Positions 18,770 through 28,971 of a stretch of DNA of 64,000 nucleotides are shown in pieces (within the stretch, counting starts at the first letter, position 1; each line of letters starts with the position of its first letter). The position numbers were made by a program, and so were the translations under genes. This DNA comes from an uncultured delta proteobacterium. GTDB taxonomy: Bacteria; Myxococcota; B64-G9. The notes below the pieces were generated by a model. It was not told the DNA's origin. It did no database searches and worked only from the letters and a program-made list of their open reading frames with translations. The stretch lies in contig CAVWHX010000006.1 of NCBI GenBank assembly GCA_963754925.1, positions 32,001-96,000 on the forward strand, written 5' to 3'.

Positions 18770-20497
18770 ATGAAAAAAATACCTTTTGGCAAAACAGGGG
18801 CTGCTGTGGCGCTTGCGATGGTGCTCGGAGCGGGGTCAGCGTCAGCCGAACCCTGGAAGTTCGGCGTGATGGGCGATACCCAATGGACCACGAGCGATCC
18901 GGCTAACGCCAATCCGGACACCGTGCCGTTATCCATCATCAACCAAGTCAATCAGCAGTTTATCAACGCCGGCGTGGACTTCGTCATTGAGGTCGGCGAT
19001 CTAACCGATGATGGCAACGACGTTTCCGAAGTCACCCGGGCCAAAGCCGCTCAGCAATTGATCGACGCCGGTATCGGTTTCTTCCCGTTCCGCGGCAACC
19101 ATGAGACCTATGGTACAAACAACGACTATGGCATCCCTATTTTCCGTTCCAACTACCCGCAAACCCAAACCGGCGTGTTTACCATGAGCGACGCCCACCA
19201 GTATAAGCTCGGCTCAAATTTCAGCAGTCCGACCGCAGTAAGCGCGGATCTGACCGGGATGAGCTACTCGTTTGACTACGGTCGCCGTGGCGACAACGCC
19301 CGTTTCGTCATCATCGATCCGTGGGCAACGCCCAGCAAAATCGACAACAACGCCGATGGGTATGCCTATGGGTATACGATTAATGATCAGCAGCCTTGGA
19401 TTAGCGGTCGGCTCGACAAGAACGCACGCCGCACCGTGCACGCCTTCGTGTTCTCGCACCAACCCCTTATCGCAGAGAACCACCAGGACACCATGTTCAG
19501 CGGCTATACCAACGCTAACCCGGACTGGCAGAACGCCTTCTACGCCAGCTTGCAGAGCAACGGAGTCAAGTACTTCATCAGCGGCCACGACCATATGTAT
19601 CAGCGATCACTGGTCAGCAGCCCGGACGGTTCATCCCAGATCGAAGAGATCATCTCTGCCTCAAACAGCAGCAAGTTTTACACGCCGAAGCCCCTGGACG
19701 ATCCCAAGTGGTTCGGCCAAAAAGTACGCGAGACCTCGATCTCCCAAGAGTTATATACAGTCGGCTACTACATTTATACCGTCGACGGCCCGTGCGTAAC
19801 CGTCGAGTACTACTCCGACGACCATGGCCACTGGCAGTCGGATGCGAACTACCCCAATGGAGCAGGCCAACCCGACACCGGCATAACCCCCATCTTCACC
19901 TTTGTTAAGAAAGAAACCTGGGGCTATTGCCAGAATGGCAGGGAATTACTCGTGCCGCAGGGTCAAAGCTATACGGTGGTGCAAGACAGTTTTGAAGGCA
20001 CGAAAGCTCAGATCCTCGACGGCGCCAATATGAGCACGGTCAGGGACGGCAGCCTTAACACCACGGGAGGCGTCGGCCGCCCACTCACGAAGGCCGTCGA
20101 CACCGGCTGGATATCGGTAGCCCGTTGGGTAGAGAAGGATTTTGAACCCGGCCTCGACCTCGCAAGCAATATTCTCAAGTTGTGGGGCATGGCGGACCTT
20201 GGCAGTACGCAAAGCGATACCTATGCACTTTCTCTCACCTACGGCCCGCATCAGTTGCTGCCGATAGAGATCAAGAAGGGGCTTGTCGGTTTGGTCACCA
20301 AAAGCAAGGACGGACATTGGATCAATGCCGTTGCTAATAATATCGGCGGCACCAAGAATTTCGTCCTAGGCCCGTTCCAATCCGGTTACGAACTCGGCAC
20401 CTACGGAATTGACACGAAAACGAATACTGCCTGGGCGGTCATCAATTATACCGGCGATTTCGCCGTGGCCGGTTTCGGACGCGACCAGGACCGGTAG
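18770..20497 (+). CDS. Secreted calcineurin-like metallophosphoesterase
   Basis: Signal peptide; GDTQ, VGDLT, GNHE, SHQP, GHDH motifs. Confidence 0.88.
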   Translation: MKKIPFGKTGAAVALAMVLGAGSASAEPWKFGVMGDTQWTTSDPANANPDTVPLSIINQVNQQFINAGVDFVIEVGDLTDDGNDVSEVTRAKAAQQLIDAGIGFFPFRGNHETYGTNNDYGIPIFRSNYPQTQTGVFTMSDAHQYKLGSNFSSPTAVSADLTGMSYSFDYGRRGDNARFVIIDPWATPSKIDNNADGYAYGYTINDQQPWISGRLDKNARRTVHAFVFSHQPLIAENHQDTMFSGYTNANPDWQNAFYASLQSNGVKYFISGHDHMYQRSLVSSPDGSSQIEEIISASNSSKFYTPKPLDDPKWFGQKVRETSISQELYTVGYYIYTVDGPCVTVEYYSDDHGHWQSDANYPNGAGQPDTGITPIFTFVKKETWGYCQNGRELLVPQGQSYTVVQDSFEGTKAQILDGANMSTVRDGSLNTTGGVGRPLTKAVDTGWISVARWVEKDFEPGLDLASNILKLWGMADLGSTQSDTYALSLTYGPHQLLPIEIKKGLVGLVTKSKDGHWINAVANNIGGTKNFVLGPFQSGYELGTYGIDTKTNTAWAVINYTGDFAVAGFGRDQDR

Positions 20498-20688
20498 ACA
20501 ACAGCTCAAGTTCATAGGGCGCCTGACGCCGTCATTACCGTACTTAGCATTTGCGAATTAATCATCTCAACGTCCAGATCCCCCGCCTCGTCGCTTGCAA
20601 AGCCGCTTTAAAACCCATAATAAAAACGCAACTCAAACATACTCCTTGACTTGCATCTAAGGTCTTTGATACGAAGCGTTTTTATTGT

Positions 20689-20772
20689 GCCGGCGTGGCG
20701 AAGCTGGTAGACGCACGGGACTCAAAATCCCGCGGTGGCGACACCATGTGGGTTCGACTCCCTCCGCCGGCA
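20689..20772 (+). tRNA. tRNA-Leu (CAA), CCA not encoded
   Basis: GCCGGCG/CGCCGGC acceptor stem, TGGTAGAC D-loop, CT-CAA-AA anticodon loop, long variable arm, GGTTCGACTCC T arm. Confidence 0.96.
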
Positions 20773-20777
20773 CTTTT

Positions 20778-20830
20778 TGAAGCCCCTCAAGGCCTTGAAA
20801 CGAAGCGCTTTGCGGGGCTTCTCCTTTTTC
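20778..20830 (+). terminator. Hairpin plus T-tract after tRNA-Leu
   Basis: GAAGCCCC...GGGGCTTC followed by TCCTTTTT. Confidence 0.45.
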
Positions 20831-21282
20831 TTGAACACCCAGCAAGTCAACGCTGACCAACACAAACAAAGGGCTTTGGTGGCAAGAACCGGGTACAAAA
20901 CCAGGTACAATTGTGGCCACCTTTTTCGCCTCGCTGTTCCAGAAATTCCGTTGACCTGTTAATACCAGGGGGTATGATTCTAGAAATTCCTTCAAGGAAT
21001 TGCCTAAGAACCAACGCGCCTGACCTCGACCCTACCAGAGTTATGGACCTAAATGAAACTGGGGTACGGCCAGGTAAAAAAACCTATTGACAGAAAATCC
21101 CCGTTAGAGTTTTAGTCACAGTTAAATGTAGATATTCGTTCCGGCAAAAGAAGGAAACGAAGGAATGGTTTCTAATTCCTTTGTGTGTGCTGTGAGCAAC
21201 TATCTGTTTCCTAGCAGGATATCAGAAGGAAGTTTGGGCATAGGCCTAACACCGCCATTCATATAAATAAAAGGGTGATCAC

Positions 21283-24200
21283 ATGAAAAAGAGATTTTTA
21301 CCTTTATTGTTTTTAGTGTTTTTGCTTTCCATGGGTTATTCGATTTCGAAATGTCCGGCTACCAAATGGACAGCGATAATCGGCGTGCCAGGCGCCAGTA
21401 CACTAGGGACCGGCATCGCTGTCAGTCCAGACCAGCAGGTATTTGTGACCGGAACCACGACCGGAAGCCTTAGCGGGCAAGCCATAAGCAGCGCTTCGGA
21501 TGTGTTTGTCACGAGATACAATCCCTTCGGGGGATTGCAGTGGATACAGCAGCTTGGCGTCATACAAGGAGACCTTCCCGGCATCGCCGTCGATGTGAAC
21601 GACAATAGCTACGTGACCGGAACCACCGGTGGAAACTTTGACGGACTTCCGAAAACCGGGTCTAAGGATACTTTTGTTATTATGCTCAATCCGTCCGGTG
21701 AGAAACAATGGACAGCCCTGCTCGGCGTGGCAGGCGTGGAAACCAGGGGATATGGCATCACCGCCGATGAGAGCGGCTTTAGCTATGTGACGGGTACTAC
21801 AGCAGGAAACCTCGACGGTCAGACGTTGACTGGTTCCGCCGATGCTTTTATCACTAAATACGATCCTTCAGGAGTAAAACAGTGGACTCAACTGTTCGGT
21901 GTGGCGGGCTTCAAAACCGAAGGACACGGCATCGGTGTGGATGGGAGCGGCAATATCTACGTAACAGGAAACGTAACTGGTTTGAGCAACGATAAGATTT
22001 CTTTTTTTGTCACCAAATACAGTTCCACCGGAGCTAATCAGTGGATGGTACAGCTGGGTGATAAGGCCTGGGGTAACGCCATCGCCGTGGATGCAAGCGG
22101 CAACTGCTATATGACCGGAACTACGTTAACAACCTTTGATGGGCTGGATCTCGGGACTGGCTCATTAGGCGCTTCGTTCATCACTAAATACAATTCCGCC
22201 GGAGAGAAGCAGTGGACGGAGCTCCTTGGAAGTATCAATGAAGGTGGCGGCATTACTGGGTGGGGCTTTTCCACAGGGAACACGATTACCCTCGACGAAA
22301 GCGGCAACTGCTACGTGGCGGGATGGATGTTAAAATTTGTCAATGAAATGGCAACAGTCGTTTTTATTGAAAAATTCAATTCCGCTGGGGAAAAGCAGTG
22401 GACCAGGCGACTCGGCGCGGCGCCCACTCTTGGAACATACACGTATACCATTGGAGCGGGTGTGGCCGTGGATCAGTATCCCAATGTCTTCGTGACCGGA
22501 TATGTCGAGGGAGGCGGAAGCCTCGACGGGCAACCCGCAATCGGCGTCACGGATGCTTTCATCACCTCGAAGTTTAATTGCGCTGAGAATCAGTATTATG
22601 ATGCGACCTCTGACACCTGCGTGAGCATTCCCGCGTGTGATAACGGAATGACGTTCGACCAGGATGCCGTTGCCTGCGAGTGTCCATCAGGCACTCACCT
22701 TGTCGGCAGCGCCTGCGTGACCCAGTGCCCAACCAACCAGTATTGGGATAGCGCCTCCAACTCCTGCAAGGTCATTCCAACATGCTACTATGGAATGATC
22801 TTCAACCAGGTCACCGGTGTGTGCGCATGTCCGGCCGGGACCCAGAATGTCGGCGGCACATGCGTCATGACTTGCAATGCCAATCAATATTGGGACGGCT
22901 CTGTCTGCCAACCTATCCCTGTCTGCGCAGCGGGAACAATATACGACCCATCGACACACCTCTGCGTACAAGAAGTTGTCACCGCCGGCAGCTTTGCTGG
23001 TTCAGTTCAGTTTCTATACACGGGATCGAATCCGATCCAAGAAAATGTAACGTCTGGCGCCATCGATCCAACGCGTGCGGCGGTCCTGAAAGGCAAGGTG
23101 CTCAGCAAAAGCGGTTATCCGCTTGTTGCGGCGACCATAACCATTCTCAAACATCCTGAGTACGGCTCGACTCTAACGCGTAGCGACGGGATGTTCGATC
23201 TCGCGGTCAGCGGCGGTGGACAATACACCGTTCGGTATGTTGTCAATGGGTACTTTGAGGCGCAAAGAACCATTTCAACTCCCTGGCAAGAGTTCGTTCA
23301 GCTGCCGGATGTGGTGCTGGTGCCCTACGATAACTACGTCACTACCATCGATCTTACTCAAACGGGGATGCAAGTTGCGCAAGGCAGTCAACAAACGGAT
23401 ATGGATGGGATCCGAAGAGCGATCATGATGTTTCCGGCAGGGACTACCGCTGAGATGGTGATGCCGAACGGGTCGCAACAAGCCATATCGACCTTAAATG
23501 TGCGCGCGACTGAGTACACGGTAGGGCCCAATGGGCCGGCATCCATGCCTGCTCCGCTGCCTCCGGAAAGCGCTTACACCTACGCGGTGGAACTGAGTGT
23601 GGATGAAGCGCTCGCGGCCGGGGCAACAAGCGTCACCTTTAGTCAATCGATCCCGGTTTATATCGACAACTTCCTCAAGTTCCCCGTCGGGCAACAGGTG
23701 CCGACGGGGTATTACGATCGTGAAGCAGGCAGATGGGTGCCGATTCCTGATGGACGCGTTGTAAAGATCATCAGCATCACACCAGGGACACCGGCCCTAG
23801 CTGAAATAGATACCGACGGCGACGGCACAGCGGACAACAATCCTGCGCTTGGGATCACTGATGATGAGCGCGCTCGGGTGGCTGGGTTGTATCAAACAGG
23901 TCAGGAGCTATGGCGGGTTCAAGTTCAGCATTTCACACCCTTTGACCTCAACTGGCCATATGGCGGCTGTGCGGATTGCCCGCCCCCCAACCAGCCAGAT
24001 CCCGATGGTGATACGCCTCCCAAATACCCCTGCGAAGGTGAGGGTTCAATTATCGAGTGCGAGAATCAGGTGCTGGGCCAGCGCATACCAATCTCTGGCA
24101 CCCCATTTACTCTCAACTACCGCAGCAGTCGGGTGCCTGGCTATGGCGCTACCTATAGTCTAAACATTCATCTTTCAGGTGCCAGCGTTCCGGCTAATTT

Positions 24201-27200
24201 GGTCAAAATTTACCTGGAAATTGATATTGCTGGTCAACACATAGAACAGAATTTTGATCCCACACCAAATCAGAACTATTACTTTCGTTGGGATGGGTTG
24301 GATGCCTTCGGCCAGCGAGTTAACGGTTCACAGACGGCAAAAATACGAATCGGTTACGCATATATTGCAGTTTACGGCGCGCCTATGCCTTTAGGAGAGG
24401 TGTCAGGAATAATGGGCGCATCATTCGGAATGGGCTCCGGTGCTGGAGGTGGCGGTGGTGTAGGAGGAGTTTCGATTGGTAGGTTTAGTGTACCCCCCCA
24501 AATTGTTATTTGGCAGGAGATTGATAAAGACCTTGGAAATCTTGTGGACGAGAAAGATCGAGGAATAGGGGGCTGGACCGTTGACGTCAATCATGCCCTC
24601 GACCTATTCAAAAACACAATCTACCTGGGCGATGGTACACAACAAGACGCAAGTGATATAGGCACAATATCTGTTCTCGCGGGCAACGGTCAATACAACT
24701 ATTGTGACAGCATAGATCAGACAGGAGAGATTGCAAGGCAGGGAAGCATGCAAGCGCCTCTTGATGTGCATGCATTACCGGATGGCAGTTTTTTAGTCGC
24801 GGACAATGCAAACGCACGAATTCTTAGTGTTAGTACTGATGGACACATGTACAGGATCGCTGGCGCTCCTAACTGCGCTCCGGGATACACTGGGGACCAG
24901 GGACTGGCACTTAATGCCCAACTAAATGGGCCATCTGGTATAGCAACAGGTTCGGATGGAAGCATATACATTGCTGACTCGTTAAATCATGTGATCAGGC
25001 GTATCGATCCTAATGGCATTATAACTACCTATGCCGGCGGTGGAAATCCCTCTTCCGGTAACGGCGATGGCGGTTTGGCAACCAATGCGAAATTACAAGG
25101 GCCATTAGATCTTGCGGTTGCCGCAGATGGCAGTTTGTACATTGCTGAACAATACTACGGATATTCCGAAGGACAACCCTATGGATATGCAGGACGAATT
25201 AGAAAAGTCAGAAATGTGGGGTCTGAGAACATCATCATCACGATTGCGGGAGGTGGAAGCAGCGGTATCGAACAAATTGGCGATGGCACTATCCTTGCGA
25301 CTGAAGTTTTTATTAATGAGAATCTGTCTTCTATAGCACTTGGGCGTGATGGCAGTATCTACGTATCTGAAAGTTGCTGGGTGTTTCGGGTTGGTCCGGA
25401 CGGTCTAGTCTATAAAGTAGCTGGTAACGGAAATTGTTTTCATTCCGGCGATGGTGGACTTGCTACAGCTGCGCAACTAGATAACGAAGGAGGTCATAAC
25501 GGCCTAGCGGTTGGTAGCGATGGAAGTATTTATATTGCGGAGTATGCCTACATTCGTAAAGTATGGCCAAACGGTATCATTACTACCTTTGCTGGAAATG
25601 GCATTATGGGTTATCGCACTGCCGATGCGGACGGGAAACCAGCGTTACAGAGCTCTGTCAATCTAACCGCTGGTATGGATATAACACCGGATGGTACTGG
25701 CCTTCTGCTTACCGATCAAGCAGGAGGAGTTGTCGCACGGATCGATACGACAGTTAGCAACACCTCTGGTGTTGGATCCCTAATACCATCAGAGGATGGT
25801 AGCAAGTTCTATTCTTTTGATTCCACCGGCCACCACCTTCAAACGCTCGACTCAGTTATCGAAACTATTTCACCCACTAATACTCCAGTAAAACTTAATC
25901 TGTTCCAATTCGGCTATGATAGTAATGGTTACCTGATCTCCATCCAGGACCGCGACGGCAATACCACAACGATTACCCGCGACACTTCCGGCAATCCCAC
26001 GGCGATCATCGCGCCAAACGGTCAGACCACTACCCTGGCGCTTGACTCCAACGGTTACCTATCCCAGGTGACTAATCCTGACTCTACTACTTATCAATTT
26101 ACCTATGACACCGGCGCTGCCGAAGGCCTGATGCTGTCTTTTAAAGATCCCAACCATAACACCCACACATTCGAATACGAGCCGGTTTCGGGCAAACTAA
26201 ACAAGGACAGCGACCCGGAATCTGGTTTTAAAACCCTCTCACGCACGAATATTTTGAACGGTTATGAGGTCGCTATCGGCACTGCCATGGGTAGAAACAC
26301 AAGCTTCGAAGTTGAGAACTACCTAGATACCGGTGAAGTGCAGACGATCACTTTCCCAGATGGGACACAAAACCAAAATACAACCGGCAATGATTCGGTT
26401 ATAACCACGGTCTTCTCCGACGGAACTTCCATTGCCGTGCAACAGGGTCCAGACCCACGTCTTGGAATGCGCTCACCATTGCCGATAAGCACGACGATCA
26501 ACCTGCCGTCAGGAAAGACCCGCACGTACACTATGAACCGCGGATTAACCTTTAACTCAACCACCAGCCCACCTGCCTTGGCGACACTCACGGATACCTT
26601 TGGGGTCATGGTCGGCAGCACTAATAGCCCACTGCTGACTTACGCCTACACCGCCTCCACCCGCACGTGGACCGCCACTTCAGTAGGCGGCCGCAGCAGC
26701 ATCGCGCAAGTGGACGACAACGACAAACTTATACTAAGACAAGTATCGGGCCTTAACCCAATAAGCTACGCTTACTATTCATCAAGCAGCTCTGATTACC
26801 AGCGCGGCAAGTTGCAAACCATAACAACCGGGGACCGCCAGTTCACTTTTAACTTCTACGCCGCAGGATTGCAAAAGGGGCTTTTGCAAAGTGTCCAAGA
26901 TCCTCTCAGCAAAACCAAAAGCTTTGACTACGATGCCGCAGGCCGGGTTACATCGCAAACCTTACCAGACGGAAGGGTGATTGGGTTTAGTTACGACGCT
27001 AACGGCAATGTCACCTCGGTTACGCCGCCCAGTAGGCCGGCGCACGGGTTTATGTACAATGCTGTCGATCAGGCAACAGAGTATGATCCGCCAACCCCAC
27101 CGACCACCGGAGTAACGCAGTACCAATATAACCAGGATCATCAGCTCACCAATATCATTCGACCAGACTTGCAGGCAGTAGTACTCAACTACAATACCAG

Positions 27201-28971
27201 CAGCGGCCAACTCAGCAGTATCACCGCTCCTAATGGAAACATCTCATATTCATATAACCCCACGACCGGCAAGTTGGCTTCAATCACCGCTCCGGATACC
27301 GACGGCGGTGTTTTGAGCTATACTTACGATGGTCGGTTGCCATTAAGTGAAACCTGGTCAAGCGGCGCTGTGGTGGGGAGCGTGAGCTGTACGTACGATG
27401 ACGACTTTAGAGTTTCAACCGAGACCGTGATGGGTTCAACAATGAACCTAGCCTATGACATTGATGGACTGTTGACCGGCGCGGGTGCGCTTACCATCGG
27501 CCGCGATCCATCCAACGGTATGGTCACGGGTACAACATTAGATTCGGTTACCACCTCGAACAACTATAATAACTTTGGTGAGCCGACGTTGCTGCACACC
27601 GCTTTCCCGAGTAACACAGTGGATTTCGGTTTTGTTCAGGACCAACTGGGCCGGATCACACAGAAGACTGAAAATATCAACGGCATATCCACTACCTACA
27701 ACTATGAGTATGACCTCGCCGGACGACTGACTGATGTTTGTGTAAACGGCCTGCGTCAGACACATTACGAATACGACGGCAACTCCAACCGAACATTGAG
27801 TCGCCAATGCGCCGCCAACATTCAGTGCCAGCCGGCAACACCATGCTCAATCGGCGCTGATGTCACCGGTACGTACGACAACCAAGATCGAATGACCGCA
27901 TACGGGATCACGACATACCAATACACGCTCAATGGCGAGCTTCTGAGCGCGACCACCAACAGTCAAACCACCACCTATCAATACGATGTCTTCGGCAATC
28001 TTCGAACAGTGACTTTGCCTAACGGAAATACCATCGACTACGTGATCGACGGCCCCAATCGAAGGACAGGCAAGAAGGTCAACAGCGTGTTGACACAAGG
28101 ATTCTTGTACGACGGGCAGCTACGAATAGTTGCTGAATTAGACGGAAGCGGTATTCTGAAAAATAGGTTTGTGTACGGTACCAAATTGAATGTACCAGAG
28201 TATATGATCCAAGGTGGCCAGACCTATCGCATCATCACCGACCACCTCGGTAGCCCCCGTTTCGTTGTAAACTCAAGCACGGGCGCTATCGCTCAGAGAA
28301 TGGATTACGATGAGTTCGGGAATGTCATCTCCGACTCGAATCCCGGGTTCCAACCGTTTGGGTTCGCCGGTGGGTTATATGACAGGGATACCGGCCTTGT
28401 CCGATTCGGGGCAAGGGACTATGACCCGGTGACCGGAAGATGGACGGCAAAGGATCCGATTGGGTTCAAGGGAGGTAATACTAATTTGTATGGTTATACA
28501 GTGAATGATCCGGTAAATTTGATCGATCCAATGGGATTAACATGGATTGAATCTATCGGGATGTTCTGGGATTGGATAACCGGAACAGGTCCGGAAAACC
28601 GAACATTTGAACCTGGAAGCAATCAAGTAAATGACATGATGAATGCTCCAGGCGTCAATGAAGCACGTGACCTGTTCTATATGAAAAATTCACAAACTTG
28701 CTCACAGACTTCAGATCCACTTGCAAACTACAGAGCCGGTTTCGGTCTGAAAGGTCTCTGGGATGCCGGTTTTAACTCAACACAACAATTCGTGGGCAAT
28801 TATCGAGTTGATATTATTCCATTCCTGGATACGCTAACTTTCATCCTTACTAATACCACAAGTATGACGTCTTTCTTGTATGGCTTAGGTCCTTCATGGA
28901 GCCGCTCAACTTTTGGTCCGGGTGGCAACATGAGCCAAACTTACACATGGACGGAGCCTTATCAAAGATGA
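21283..28971 (+). CDS. Secreted teneurin-like RHS/YD-repeat protein (SBBP propeller, Cys-rich repeats, Ig, FN-plug, NHL, YD shell, RHS core, putative toxin CTD)
   Basis: Hydrophobic signal; IAVDxxGNxYVTG repeats; FLYTGSNPIQ; PISGTPFTLNYRSSR; GDGGLAT NHL repeats; YD repeats; RDYDPVTGRWTAKDPIGF...DPVNLIDPMGL. Confidence 0.92.
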   Translation: MKKRFLPLLFLVFLLSMGYSISKCPATKWTAIIGVPGASTLGTGIAVSPDQQVFVTGTTTGSLSGQAISSASDVFVTRYNPFGGLQWIQQLGVIQGDLPGIAVDVNDNSYVTGTTGGNFDGLPKTGSKDTFVIMLNPSGEKQWTALLGVAGVETRGYGITADESGFSYVTGTTAGNLDGQTLTGSADAFITKYDPSGVKQWTQLFGVAGFKTEGHGIGVDGSGNIYVTGNVTGLSNDKISFFVTKYSSTGANQWMVQLGDKAWGNAIAVDASGNCYMTGTTLTTFDGLDLGTGSLGASFITKYNSAGEKQWTELLGSINEGGGITGWGFSTGNTITLDESGNCYVAGWMLKFVNEMATVVFIEKFNSAGEKQWTRRLGAAPTLGTYTYTIGAGVAVDQYPNVFVTGYVEGGGSLDGQPAIGVTDAFITSKFNCAENQYYDATSDTCVSIPACDNGMTFDQDAVACECPSGTHLVGSACVTQCPTNQYWDSASNSCKVIPTCYYGMIFNQVTGVCACPAGTQNVGGTCVMTCNANQYWDGSVCQPIPVCAAGTIYDPSTHLCVQEVVTAGSFAGSVQFLYTGSNPIQENVTSGAIDPTRAAVLKGKVLSKSGYPLVAATITILKHPEYGSTLTRSDGMFDLAVSGGGQYTVRYVVNGYFEAQRTISTPWQEFVQLPDVVLVPYDNYVTTIDLTQTGMQVAQGSQQTDMDGIRRAIMMFPAGTTAEMVMPNGSQQAISTLNVRATEYTVGPNGPASMPAPLPPESAYTYAVELSVDEALAAGATSVTFSQSIPVYIDNFLKFPVGQQVPTGYYDREAGRWVPIPDGRVVKIISITPGTPALAEIDTDGDGTADNNPALGITDDERARVAGLYQTGQELWRVQVQHFTPFDLNWPYGGCADCPPPNQPDPDGDTPPKYPCEGEGSIIECENQVLGQRIPISGTPFTLNYRSSRVPGYGATYSLNIHLSGASVPANLVKIYLEIDIAGQHIEQNFDPTPNQNYYFRWDGLDAFGQRVNGSQTAKIRIGYAYIAVYGAPMPLGEVSGIMGASFGMGSGAGGGGGVGGVSIGRFSVPPQIVIWQEIDKDLGNLVDEKDRGIGGWTVDVNHALDLFKNTIYLGDGTQQDASDIGTISVLAGNGQYNYCDSIDQTGEIARQGSMQAPLDVHALPDGSFLVADNANARILSVSTDGHMYRIAGAPNCAPGYTGDQGLALNAQLNGPSGIATGSDGSIYIADSLNHVIRRIDPNGIITTYAGGGNPSSGNGDGGLATNAKLQGPLDLAVAADGSLYIAEQYYGYSEGQPYGYAGRIRKVRNVGSENIIITIAGGGSSGIEQIGDGTILATEVFINENLSSIALGRDGSIYVSESCWVFRVGPDGLVYKVAGNGNCFHSGDGGLATAAQLDNEGGHNGLAVGSDGSIYIAEYAYIRKVWPNGIITTFAGNGIMGYRTADADGKPALQSSVNLTAGMDITPDGTGLLLTDQAGGVVARIDTTVSNTSGVGSLIPSEDGSKFYSFDSTGHHLQTLDSVIETISPTNTPVKLNLFQFGYDSNGYLISIQDRDGNTTTITRDTSGNPTAIIAPNGQTTTLALDSNGYLSQVTNPDSTTYQFTYDTGAAEGLMLSFKDPNHNTHTFEYEPVSGKLNKDSDPESGFKTLSRTNILNGYEVAIGTAMGRNTSFEVENYLDTGEVQTITFPDGTQNQNTTGNDSVITTVFSDGTSIAVQQGPDPRLGMRSPLPISTTINLPSGKTRTYTMNRGLTFNSTTSPPALATLTDTFGVMVGSTNSPLLTYAYTASTRTWTATSVGGRSSIAQVDDNDKLILRQVSGLNPISYAYYSSSSSDYQRGKLQTITTGDRQFTFNFYAAGLQKGLLQSVQDPLSKTKSFDYDAAGRVTSQTLPDGRVIGFSYDANGNVTSVTPPSRPAHGFMYNAVDQATEYDPPTPPTTGVTQYQYNQDHQLTNIIRPDLQAVVLNYNTSSGQLSSITAPNGNISYSYNPTTGKLASITAPDTDGGVLSYTYDGRLPLSETWSSGAVVGSVSCTYDDDFRVSTETVMGSTMNLAYDIDGLLTGAGALTIGRDPSNGMVTGTTLDSVTTSNNYNNFGEPTLLHTAFPSNTVDFGFVQDQLGRITQKTENINGISTTYNYEYDLAGRLTDVCVNGLRQTHYEYDGNSNRTLSRQCAANIQCQPATPCSIGADVTGTYDNQDRMTAYGITTYQYTLNGELLSATTNSQTTTYQYDVFGNLRTVTLPNGNTIDYVIDGPNRRTGKKVNSVLTQGFLYDGQLRIVAELDGSGILKNRFVYGTKLNVPEYMIQGGQTYRIITDHLGSPRFVVNSSTGAIAQRMDYDEFGNVISDSNPGFQPFGFAGGLYDRDTGLVRFGARDYDPVTGRWTAKDPIGFKGGNTNLYGYTVNDPVNLIDPMGLTWIESIGMFWDWITGTGPENRTFEPGSNQVNDMMNAPGVNEARDLFYMKNSQTCSQTSDPLANYRAGFGLKGLWDAGFNSTQQFVGNYRVDIIPFLDTLTFILTNTTSMTSFLYGLGPSWSRSTFGPGGNMSQTYTWTEPYQR

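Noticed and set aside
21120..21282. Riboswitch in the RHS gene leader
   Set aside because: Only a short AAGGAAT/ATTCCTT hairpin; no c-di-GMP or other aptamer core recognised
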